A stretch of 64,000 nt of DNA from Rhodospirillales bacterium. Lineage in GTDB: Bacteria > Pseudomonadota > Alphaproteobacteria > CACIAM-22H2. The stretch lies in the NCBI GenBank assembly GCA_016794005.1, contig JAEUKY010000383.1, positions 370 to 64,369 on the forward strand. Reading direction: 5' to 3'. Shown piece after piece: positions 21,696 through 30,127 of the stretch. The notes beneath the pieces were generated by a model, which had not been told where the DNA came from, did not search any database, and was given only the letters and a program-made list of their open reading frames with translations. How positions within the stretch are numbered: position 1 is the first letter of the stretch; every line of letters starts with the position of its first letter. The position numbers and the translations under genes were made by a program.

Positions 21696-23378
21696 ATGGC
21701 GCGCTTCGCAAACATGTCGATTTCCCGGAAGATTCTGCTGGCTGTGCTCGTGCCGGGGGCGCTTGCCACGGCAATGGCAGCATGGGCGGCGAACGGGCTC
21801 GCCGAGGCCGTGTCGGCGGCGCGTCTGATCAATCGGGCTGCCTTGAATGTCGAGAGCACGGGCTATATCGGGGCGAGCACGATCAGCCTTGCCCGCAATG
21901 TCGAGGCGCTGGGGCTCGACCTGCCGGGCGGTCGACGCGGCGAGCTGGCGGGTGCGGCGGCGAAGGATCTCGACGTGATCCGGGAAAACCTGTCCGAGCT
22001 TGAGCCGCATCTGGCGGATCAGGGTGCACGCCAGGCGATGGTGGCGGCCCGGCGCGCGCTCGATACCTATCGCCCGATCGCGGAAAATGTCGTCCGGCTG
22101 TCAAACCAGGGAAATCGCGTTGACGCCGGGCATACGGCAATCGGCGGCGCGCCGCTGGTACTGGATGCGATCCTTGCCTTGACGGATCTCTACGATCGCA
22201 ATGCCCGCCAGGCGGATCGGGCGACTGCCGAGGTCGTCGCGATACTCGACCGATTGGTGATCTGGCTTCCTCTTGTGGCGATCGCGGTGGGCTTTGTTGG
22301 CATTGGTCTCGGTCTCGGCATCGGTCGATGGGGAATCGTGCACCCCCTGGATCGCGTTGTGGCAAGCATGCGCCGGATCCAGAAAGGCGACTTCGACGAC
22401 GAAGTCCCACTCGTGGGTCGGCGCGACGAGATAGGTGTCGTGGCGACCGCCCTGTCGGCGTTTCGCGTCGAACTGATGGAAGCGGACCGGGCTCGCTCCG
22501 CCCAGCAAGCCGAGCGGATTGCTGCGGAGAATGCGCGCCGTCAAGCATTGGCCTCGATGGCGAATGCGGTATCGGCCGCCACCGCGGATGCCACCCGGCA
22601 AGCCGCGACACGCACGTCCGTGATGGTCGATCTTGCGGACGAGATGGGCCGTGACGCAACGACGACGGCGAACAATTCGACGGCTGTCGCGGAAGCGGCC
22701 GAGAACGCACTGCGGAATACCGAAACTGTCGCTGCGGCAACGCACGAACTGTCGGCTTCGATCGACGAGATCAACCAACAGGTCGCGCGTACGGCGGACG
22801 TCACGCGCAGCGCCGTTCGAAATGGCGAGGCGACGCGCCGGACGGTCGAGAAGCTTGCGCAGTCCGTTGCGGAAATCCGCACATTCACCAAGCTGATCGC
22901 CGATATCGCCGGCCAGACAAACCTGTTGGCGCTCAATGCAACGATCGAAGCCGCCCGCGCCGGGGAGGCTGGGAAGGGCTTCGCGGTGGTTGCCGGCGAG
23001 GTCAAGAGTCTCGCCAACCAGACCGCCCGCGCGACCGACGACATTGCCCGCCAGATCGGCGCGGTCGAGGCGGCGACATCCGAGGCCTTAGTCGCAATAC
23101 GCACGATCGAGACGACAATCGGCAACATCGACCAGATCACCGGCGGGATCGTCGATTCTCTCAACTCCCAGGGGGCCGCTACCCGCGAGATTTCGCAGAA
23201 TGTCGAGGAGGTCGCGATTGCCGCACGGGATGTGACACGGCGGATCGCGGAGGTTGCGAAAAGTGCGACGCGTGTCGGTGCCGCGACTGGCAAACTGGGC
23301 ACAACCGCGCGAGAAGTCGCAGAGCGGACGGCTTCGCTTGAAGTTTCCGTGACGGACGCCCTGCAGGTTGCCAGCTAG
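21696..23378 (+). CDS. methyl-accepting chemotaxis protein
   Basis: Trimmed from ORF 21543..23378 to MARFANMS (ACGGAGA SD). Two TM segments, HAMP, and the highly conserved signalling hairpin ([30 protein letters not shown]). Confidence 0.9.
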   Translation: MARFANMSISRKILLAVLVPGALATAMAAWAANGLAEAVSAARLINRAALNVESTGYIGASTISLARNVEALGLDLPGGRRGELAGAAAKDLDVIRENLSELEPHLADQGARQAMVAARRALDTYRPIAENVVRLSNQGNRVDAGHTAIGGAPLVLDAILALTDLYDRNARQADRATAEVVAILDRLVIWLPLVAIAVGFVGIGLGLGIGRWGIVHPLDRVVASMRRIQKGDFDDEVPLVGRRDEIGVVATALSAFRVELMEADRARSAQQAERIAAENARRQALASMANAVSAATADATRQAATRTSVMVDLADEMGRDATTTANNSTAVAEAAENALRNTETVAAATHELSASIDEINQQVARTADVTRSAVRNGEATRRTVEKLAQSVAEIRTFTKLIADIAGQTNLLALNATIEAARAGEAGKGFAVVAGEVKSLANQTARATDDIARQIGAVEAATSEALVAIRTIETTIGNIDQITGGIVDSLNSQGAATREISQNVEEVAIAARDVTRRIAEVAKSATRVGAATGKLGTTAREVAERTASLEVSVTDALQVAS

Positions 23379-23602
23379 CCGTACGGGACTTGCCGTCAAC
23401 GTCGAGTGCTGTCGTCTCGGGTCAATGCGTGTGAAATCCAGCGAATAGCAGGTGCGGCGATCTCATGTTCATTTGTTCAAGTTCTCTCGGGCACGGCACT
23501 GCGTTCAAGAAGAAGATCGACAAGAAAGCCCGTCGAGCGCCGTTTCCGTGCAACTATCCGCCGGCCTGAGCCCGGCTGCTTCGTCGAATGGAGATGTGCC
23601 CA

Positions 23603-24124
23603 ATGCCTCTTACCGGAAAGCCCGTCGCCGGTTCTATCTTCCCGCCCGTCGCCGTCGCGCGCCTTGGCGGCGGAGAGCTCGCACCGGCCGCGATGCCGGG
23701 CTGGCGTCTCGTGATCGTCTATCGTGGCCGCCATTGTCCGTTGTGCAAGCCGTATCTCGGCACGCTCGACCGGCTCGTCGGCGAGTTTGCGGCCGGCGGG
23801 ATCGCCGTCGTCGCGATTTCGGCCGACCCCGAAGAGAAAGCGGAAGCCGACCGGACCGAGTTCGGCTGGCGGTTCCCGATCGGCTACGGACTTACGATCG
23901 AGCAGGCGCGCGAACTCGGACTCTATGTCTCCGAACCGCGCTCGCCCCAGGAGACCGATCGGCCTTTCGCCGAGCCGGGCCTGTTCCTGATCAACCCGCA
24001 GGGGCAGATCCAGATCGTCGACATCTCCAATGCGCCGTTCGCCCGGCCGGACCTGGCCGCGATCGCGCGCGGCGCCAAACGAATCCAGGAAGTCAATTAC
24101 CCGATCCGCGGCACGCTCGCGTGA
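23603..24124 (+). CDS. AhpC/TSA (redoxin) family protein
   Basis: ORF 23588..24124. Preferred start is the third ATG (GGAG 9 nt upstream). CPLC active-site motif. Confidence 0.65.
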   Translation: MPLTGKPVAGSIFPPVAVARLGGGELAPAAMPGWRLVIVYRGRHCPLCKPYLGTLDRLVGEFAAGGIAVVAISADPEEKAEADRTEFGWRFPIGYGLTIEQARELGLYVSEPRSPQETDRPFAEPGLFLINPQGQIQIVDISNAPFARPDLAAIARGAKRIQEVNYPIRGTLA

Positions 24125-24825
24125 GCGCCCCGGACGGCATCACGTCCGGTCGTCTGGCCGTGCGCGCCTGCGTGTTCGATGCGTATGGGACGCTGTTCGA
24201 CTTCGGTTCGGCCGCCGCGTCGTGCGCGGACGTGCTCGGCGACAAGGCCGGTCCGCTGACTGCCCTTTGGCGCGAAAAGCAGCTCCAATACACGTGGCTA
24301 CGCGGCTTGCAGGATCGGCATGCGGATTTCTGGACCGTTACGGGAGATGCGCTCGACTTCGCCCTCGAATCTCTCGGTCTCCACACGCCGGAAATCCGTT
24401 CGCGACTCATGTCGTTGTACCGGACACTGCGATGCTTCGACGAGGTTCCCGCCGTCCTCAGGAATCTCAAGGCTGGCGGATTTGCAACGGCGATCCTTTC
24501 CAACGGCAGTGCGGGCATGCTTGCCGACGCGGTCCGGGCATCCGGCCTCGAGGCCGTATTTGATCAGGTGCTGTCGGTGGATGCGGTCGGTGTGTTCAAG
24601 CCGCATCCGCGCGTGTACCGACATGCCGTCGACGAACTTGGGGTTCCGGCGGAGGCCATCGCATTCGTCTCGTCGAACGCCTGGGACGCGCACGCTGCCG
24701 CGGCTTTTGGCATGCAGGCGGTATGGTGCAATCGATATGCCCAGAAAGCCGAACGGCTTCCGGGGGTGCCGCGGTTCCAGATTCGGAGCCTCGACGCTTT
24801 GGCGGACCGTTTGCAGCTTGCGTGA
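24121..24825 (+). CDS. haloacid dehalogenase, type II (HAD superfamily)
   Basis: Within ORF 23452..24825. GTG at 24121 overlaps the redoxin stop (GTGA); the alternative GTG is at 24160. Motifs DAYGTLFD, SNG, and the C-terminal WDAHAAAAFG. Confidence 0.8.
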   Translation: MSAPDGITSGRLAVRACVFDAYGTLFDFGSAAASCADVLGDKAGPLTALWREKQLQYTWLRGLQDRHADFWTVTGDALDFALESLGLHTPEIRSRLMSLYRTLRCFDEVPAVLRNLKAGGFATAILSNGSAGMLADAVRASGLEAVFDQVLSVDAVGVFKPHPRVYRHAVDELGVPAEAIAFVSSNAWDAHAAAAFGMQAVWCNRYAQKAERLPGVPRFQIRSLDALADRLQLA

Positions 24826-25182
24826 AGCCAATCCCAGGCATTCGTAACCGAAGGCACCTTCGCCCGCAGACGCTGGGCTGCTGCCAACGCCGCGCGCTCG
24901 CCGTGCAGAAGCTGGCTTAAGATTAGCGCGTGGCGGCTGCGTGTTAGCCAGAACGGTCGCTGCGGCATAACGCCATCTAGCAACTCCGCGGGACCCCAAG
25001 CGCATTTGCCGCCCAGCCGTGCAAGCGCGTCGTAACGTGACTGACTCACACGGTCTCTCTGTGCTTGAAAGCAATGGCCGTGTGCGAGCATCCGTTGCGG
25101 CACTCTGCTAGGCGATCGGACACTTGATCGCTTGACGCGGTCCGGCTCGGCAGACCATCCGATGTCCGACCGTTTCCCGCCT

Positions 25183-26163
25183 TCAGTTGCGCTGCCCGAA
25201 CGAAGCCGCATAGGCTGGCTGACGAGCCGTGAAAAGCGGGTCGTTCGTTGGCCCTGCCACCCCATCGGCAAGGTTAAGCGGGTCGAAAATTCGCTCGTCG
25301 CACGTTTCGTTTTTCTCGAGCGCCGTTATCGCAAGGCGGCCAAGCCGGGTCGTCGGGCGCTGGTCTTCGTCCGGCCATTGCTGGGTAGCATTGGTGGCCT
25401 CGTCCCCCGGGCGGCCGAAAACGACGATCATGTCGAAAGCGGCGGTGCTGGCGCCTATCCGCGCCTTCATGTCGTCGACGAGGAAGTCGGCGGGTTTGCC
25501 TCTGGCCTCGTCGTCTGTCAGCCCGACCTCGCCGCCGACCGGCACCATCTTGAATTTCACCAGTCGAGTGACGCCCGCAGCATTGGTCAAGGTATAGCCA
25601 TGGATGCCCCAATAGCTGACACCGACCCAAGACCCCGGTACCGGCTTGCCGGCAAGATAGCGGCCTTGCGCCGTGGTTTCCGGATTGGCATCGGTGAAAG
25701 CCTTGATCTTGTCTGCATCGGGACGGCCATCGGCACCCGGCAGGCGCGCTTGCAGGAAGGCCAGCATCTGATCCGGCGACTTCACGAAATTTATCGGTGC
25801 GTTCACCATCACAAACTCGGTTTCGGCACTGCCGCCGTTGTCGATCCGGAAGGAGAGTCCGCGATTGACCGCCTTTGTCGCATCGGCAACTTTCGGATTG
25901 CCGCCGCCGACCGACAGCCGCGCGAGGACCCGCGAGGTCTTGGCGAATATGGCGGATTTGCTTAGTCCGACAGCCTCCGCCGCAGGCGTGAAAGTGCCCG
26001 TGAAACACTGGCCCTTAGCCCCGCTGGGCCGCGCCTTCTGATTTCCGGCGAGTGTGCGCTGCAATTCGGCGATCTTGCCTGGATCGGCCGATTGGGCAAA
26101 GGCAGGCGCACCCGTGACCGCGACTGTCAACGAAAGTGCAATGGTAGCGATCGAACGCTTCAT
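25183..26163 (-). CDS. secreted catalase-related haem protein (SrpA-like)
   Basis: ORF as given. Signal peptide ending AFAQ. Catalase-core-like PSGAKGQCFTGTFTP and the proximal-Tyr region ARQPAYAAS. Confidence 0.7.
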   Translation of the reverse strand: MKRSIATIALSLTVAVTGAPAFAQSADPGKIAELQRTLAGNQKARPSGAKGQCFTGTFTPAAEAVGLSKSAIFAKTSRVLARLSVGGGNPKVADATKAVNRGLSFRIDNGGSAETEFVMVNAPINFVKSPDQMLAFLQARLPGADGRPDADKIKAFTDANPETTAQGRYLAGKPVPGSWVGVSYWGIHGYTLTNAAGVTRLVKFKMVPVGGEVGLTDDEARGKPADFLVDDMKARIGASTAAFDMIVVFGRPGDEATNATQQWPDEDQRPTTRLGRLAITALEKNETCDERIFDPLNLADGVAGPTNDPLFTARQPAYAASFGQRN

Positions 26164-26429
26164 GGCGACCCCATTCGATAAACGAGGAGTTTGTTGTCGC
26201 CATCGGTTCGCATGCTGTGGTGTGCGGGTTACGGTTGCGTGGTCTACTTTTCACCACTAACTCTTGGATGTTCTGTCCCGACTATGGGGCAGGATCATTT
26301 CCGCTCCGGCTGTCTAAGTCGGCTTGATTCACAAACGCTCCATCAAGCATATCGGTTCCACATCGTCCGGCTGCTGAATTGACGATTTTATAAGTGCATT
26401 TTGCGCTGTTGGGACAATGCGCCCGCCCT

Positions 26430-26775
26430 TTGGAACCACTAGTCATCGTTCGCAATGGCATCTTCTCTCCGGTCTTGCCCGCGTTTGTGCTCGGCAACTT
26501 CGCGCATGTCGTGCGCAGCGATCTGAGCTTTCCAAAATAGGTCTATTCAGCGATGTCGATCTACCTGTAGTTCGCCATCGGGCTGAAGGGCGGGGGGCAT
26601 CCCTTCCCGCATCCTCGTGCAACTCGGTAAGCTCGATGCAGCCAACGCGCCGGCGATCGCGGCGCATTCCGGCTCTGTATCCGCCGTCACGTTCATTGCC
26701 ACCACCGCCTACGTCCACTCGGTGGGGGGCGGTCACTGTCACGCTGGAACTGGCGGTCGATCACAGGAATGGTGA
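26430..26775 (+). pseudogene. decayed N-terminal fragment of an SbtA-like (DUF897) sodium/bicarbonate transporter family permease
   Basis: One frame reads ...FSPVLPAFVLGNFAHVVRSDLSFPK*VYSAMSIYL*FAIGLKGGG, with in-frame TAG at 26538 and 26568. After a shift and an apparent internal deletion it reads VQLGKLDAANAPAIAAHSGSVSAVTFIATTAY. It stops far short of the ~320-aa family length. Confidence 0.6.
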
Positions 26776-26844
26776 TCCCTTGGTCGGCACGCGCACATTT
26801 CTTTGTCGATATAGCGACATGGCGGGGTAGGGACGAACTCGAAA

Positions 26845-27036
26845 ATCGGGGAGCTTCAATGCCCTTGGTTTCCACTCCTTTCCCTTCGTTTCCGGAAATT
26901 ATGGAAACTGCCATTGATATCATTTAATAACTGGAAATCTGGGGGACTGGGGGTCGCAGGTTCGAATCCTGTCGCTCCGACCAAATCGACTAGATAAAAC
27001 AAGGCCCTGGCGAGTGATCGCCGGGGCCTTTCGTTT
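26845..27036 (+). repeat. copy B of the tRNA-Pro 3'-half-containing repeat element
   Basis: Leader 26845-26938. tRNA-like part 26939-26983: cuggggg acugg ggguc gcagg uucgaau ccugu cgcuccg a cca. Terminator hairpin 27001-27030. Confidence 0.85.
27001..27036 (+). terminator. intrinsic-terminator-like hairpin closing repeat copy B
   Basis: 13-bp stem aaggcccuggcga/ucgccggggccuu (one G.U), loop guga, followed by ucguuu. Confidence 0.6.
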
Positions 27037-27049
27037 GGAAACTGAGGAC

Positions 27050-27095
27050 GGGAAATTGACTGGGGGGCGTAGGTTCGAGCCCTGCGGCTCCGACA
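27050..27095 (+). repeat. decayed partial copy (B2) of the tRNA-Pro-like 3' module
   Basis: gggaaattgactggggggcgtaggttcgagccctgcggctccgaca aligns with ctggaaatctgggggactgggggtcgcaggttcgaatcctgtcgctccgacca of copy B, with about 10 substitutions or indels. Confidence 0.6.
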
Positions 27096-27114
27096 ACATC
27101 TCTCCTGGGAGCCA

Positions 27115-28599
27115 TTACTTCCGCGCGGGGGATCGCGCTCGCCACTCCCGCCAGAACGGCCAGACGAAACATGCGGCCGCGACGAGCAGCAGGCCGAGCG
27201 AGCCCGGACGGGTCACGAGTGGCCACATGGAACCGTCTGAAATCATAAGAGCCGAGCGCAGCTTCGCTTCTGCCATCGGTGCAAGCACGAACCCGATCAC
27301 AAACGGGGCAAGCGGGAAGCGCGCCAGCTCCATCGCCAGCCCGACGAGCCCGAACAGCAGCATGATCCATACGTCCGAAACCTGTCCGTCGACCGCGAAG
27401 GCGCCGACGATGCAGAACACGACGACGATCGGGAACAGGATCGCACGGGGAACAAGCATCAGCCGAGCGAAGACGAGCACGCCGGCAGTCATCAGAACGT
27501 ACATCGCGACATGCGCGACGAGATGTGTGGCCATGATCGTGTTGACGATCTCGGGATTCGTCGAAAACAGCAGCGGGCCCGGTCGCAGGTTGTGCATGAC
27601 TAGGGCCGCAAGCAAGATCGCGTCCGCGATCCCGCCTGGAATCCCGAGAGCCAGAAGGGGGATCAGGGAGCCGCCGGTCGTCGCGTTGTTGGCGCTCTCG
27701 GCGGCGACGATCGCCTCTTCGCTGCCGGTGCCGAACTCCTCGGGTGTTTTCGAAACGTTTTTTGCGACCGTGTAGGCGACGATCGACGAGACGGCCGAAC
27801 CAACGCCAGGGTGGATTCCGATCCATACCCCGATCAGCGACGAGCGCAGCATGTTCCAGCCGTGCACGACATAGTCGCCGAGCCGCAGGAAAACGCCGCG
27901 CATCGACGCTCGGATATGCTCGTTTCCTTGTTCGATATGCATTGTGTCGGCAACGAGCTGGGACATCGCGAACAAGCCGATGACAACGGGTAGGAGCTGG
28001 AAGCCGTTGGTCAGTGCTTCGATACCGAAGGTCAGGCGAACAATGCCGGAAGTCTGGTCGACGCCCGGCATGGCGACGAGCACACCGAGCAGTGCAGAGA
28101 TCATTCCTTTAAGGAATGAACCGCGGCTGAGGGAGGAAATGAGCACGAGTGCTGTAAGCACGAGCGCAAAGTTTTCCCACGGGCCCAGCAGCACGGCGAG
28201 ATCGGCGACAGGCCGAGTCAGCAGAACGAGGAAGAGCCAGCCTACAAATCCGCCGACGATCGAACCGGCATTGCCTAGACCGAGAGCCCGCCCGGGAAAG
28301 CCTTTCTTTGCGAGTGGGTAGCCGTCGAGCGTGGTCATGACCGCGTTCGGTTCACCGGGAATGCGCATCAGCGTCGCGGTCACGAGCCCGCCCGAGATGC
28401 CGCCCACGAACATAGAAATCAGCAGCACGATCGCGTTGGTTGGTGCCATCGAGTAGGTGAAGGGCAGAGTCAATGCCATCAGCATGCCGGCGGTGATGCC
28501 TGGCATGACCCCGACGGCGATGCCGATCGTCACGCCGACCATCATGATCAGGAACGGCAGTGGCGTGGCGAGATTGAGGAACGCGTCCGCGAGCGTCAT
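27115..28599 (-). CDS. tctA: tripartite tricarboxylate transporter, large permease TctA
   Basis: ORF as given. Long polytopic protein with TctA-family motifs (GVMPGITAGM..., ESANNATTGGSLIPLLALGIPG). Confidence 0.9.
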   Translation of the reverse strand: MTLADAFLNLATPLPFLIMMVGVTIGIAVGVMPGITAGMLMALTLPFTYSMAPTNAIVLLISMFVGGISGGLVTATLMRIPGEPNAVMTTLDGYPLAKKGFPGRALGLGNAGSIVGGFVGWLFLVLLTRPVADLAVLLGPWENFALVLTALVLISSLSRGSFLKGMISALLGVLVAMPGVDQTSGIVRLTFGIEALTNGFQLLPVVIGLFAMSQLVADTMHIEQGNEHIRASMRGVFLRLGDYVVHGWNMLRSSLIGVWIGIHPGVGSAVSSIVAYTVAKNVSKTPEEFGTGSEEAIVAAESANNATTGGSLIPLLALGIPGGIADAILLAALVMHNLRPGPLLFSTNPEIVNTIMATHLVAHVAMYVLMTAGVLVFARLMLVPRAILFPIVVVFCIVGAFAVDGQVSDVWIMLLFGLVGLAMELARFPLAPFVIGFVLAPMAEAKLRSALMISDGSMWPLVTRPGSLGLLLVAAACFVWPFWREWRARSPARK

Positions 28600-29108
28600 G
28601 GAAGTGCGACCAGCAGGACCTTGCGGAAGACGTACTCGATCGAGACTGTCGCTGCCGCCGCAGTGCCGACGACCCAGTAGGCCAACGGGCGACGCATGCG
28701 CGCCATCGCAAGCCCGAGGACGGCGAGAAATGCGAATGTCGAAATAAAGAACGGGATGTTCAGCCAGATCGCGGCAACATAGGCCGCGGTTGCAGCGAAC
28801 GCGAACGCTGCAAGCCCCGGCCGGAGAGGATAGTCAACCTCATCGGCCGTTGCATCCAGCCCCCCGATGAGGGATTGCGCCGCCTGCCCAATATGCAATC
28901 CCAGAAGTGCACGCACGAGAAGAGCCAGACCCAGTGAGAGCAACGCAGCGGAAGCAGCCATGGGGACCGCGCCAGGCCCCAGTGGATCGTAGACTGCCGG
29001 CGGTTCACGCCAGCCGGCGACGAACGCGACGCCTGCGACAACGATCACGGCGACCGCCGCAAGCGCGTCGGTTCGCCGCTCGCCCTCCGGCTTGTTTCCG
29101 TCGGCCAA
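28596..29108 (-). CDS. tctB: tripartite tricarboxylate transporter, small subunit TctB
   Basis: ORF as given. About 170 aa, 4 TM. 4-nt overlap with tctA. Confidence 0.75.
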   Translation of the reverse strand: MADGNKPEGERRTDALAAVAVIVVAGVAFVAGWREPPAVYDPLGPGAVPMAASAALLSLGLALLVRALLGLHIGQAAQSLIGGLDATADEVDYPLRPGLAAFAFAATAAYVAAIWLNIPFFISTFAFLAVLGLAMARMRRPLAYWVVGTAAAATVSIEYVFRKVLLVALP

Positions 29109-29120
29109 GCCCTTCGCGCC

Positions 29121-30071
29121 TCAGCGCGCCGGTGCGGCGGTCTTCGCGACGGGTTCGATCATCTTGAACACGTCGTCGAGACGTTTCGCGAACGCGGCGC
29201 CGCGCATGAACTGCGCCGTCTGCGCCTGCTTCTGGAAGAACTCCTTCATGTCGGGCGAGCCGTTCGCTTTCTCGAGTGCGTCCGCCATGCCGTCGATCGC
29301 CTCGCGCGACGTTCCCTTGGGGGCGAACCAGAAATTCTCGGCGCAGTAGTCGAAACCGAGACCGAGTTCGCGCGCGGTCGGGATGCCGGGTTCGAGAGCC
29401 AGCCGCTCCGGCCCCGAGTAGGCGAGAGCCCGGATGCCGTTTGCCTTGTACGTCTGGTACTCGGAGCTCGACAGGACCGTCAGCTGCGTGTGGCCGCCCA
29501 TGATCGCCGCGAAATTCTCGCCGCCGCCGCCGATCTGCGCGTAGCGGAACTTCGCGCCGGGGAAACCCTGCTCCATGAACAGCGCCATCATGTGGTTGAG
29601 TGCGCCGATATTGACGCCGGCGACGATCGTGTTCGGCTGCGCCTTCGCCGTGTCGAGCAGGTCCTTGAGCGTCGTGAACTTCGAATCCGCACGTACGATC
29701 GGGTGGAAGCAGAAGCCGCCCGTCAGCGCGACGGGCTCGAAGTTGCGGTATGAAACTCCACGCGCTGGATCGACGACTTCGCCCGACAGGAGGGCGAGAT
29801 GGATGGCGAGGAACGTGTGGCCATCGGGCTGAGCCGTCATTACCTGTCGCGCACCGACAGAAAAATGGCCGCCGACATTCTGGATCGCGACCGGCTGCGA
29901 GACGATCTTGCGTTCATCCAGTACCTTCTGGAGCGTGCGTGCGAGGATGTCCGTCGTGCCGCCGGGCCCGAACGGCACGACGATGCGGATCGGCTTTTCT
30001 GGCCAGGCCGCCATCGCCGGTGCCGCGGCGACAAAGGCGGCGACGATCGCGGTGGCGATTCGGAGCAGCAT
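29121..30071 (-). CDS. tctC: tripartite tricarboxylate transporter substrate-binding protein TctC (Bug family)
   Basis: ORF 29121..30224 trimmed to MLLRIATAIVAAFVAAAPAMA (signal peptide) with GGGGGGAAG SD. The WPEKPIRIVVPFGPGGTTD motif is typical of the Bug/TctC family. Confidence 0.85.
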   Translation of the reverse strand: MLLRIATAIVAAFVAAAPAMAAWPEKPIRIVVPFGPGGTTDILARTLQKVLDERKIVSQPVAIQNVGGHFSVGARQVMTAQPDGHTFLAIHLALLSGEVVDPARGVSYRNFEPVALTGGFCFHPIVRADSKFTTLKDLLDTAKAQPNTIVAGVNIGALNHMMALFMEQGFPGAKFRYAQIGGGGENFAAIMGGHTQLTVLSSSEYQTYKANGIRALAYSGPERLALEPGIPTARELGLGFDYCAENFWFAPKGTSREAIDGMADALEKANGSPDMKEFFQKQAQTAQFMRGAAFAKRLDDVFKMIEPVAKTAAPAR

Positions 30072-30127
30072 CGGACTTCCCCCCTTTATGGATTTGATGG
30101 TGAGTATTGGGTTTCGGCGGCAGTCGG

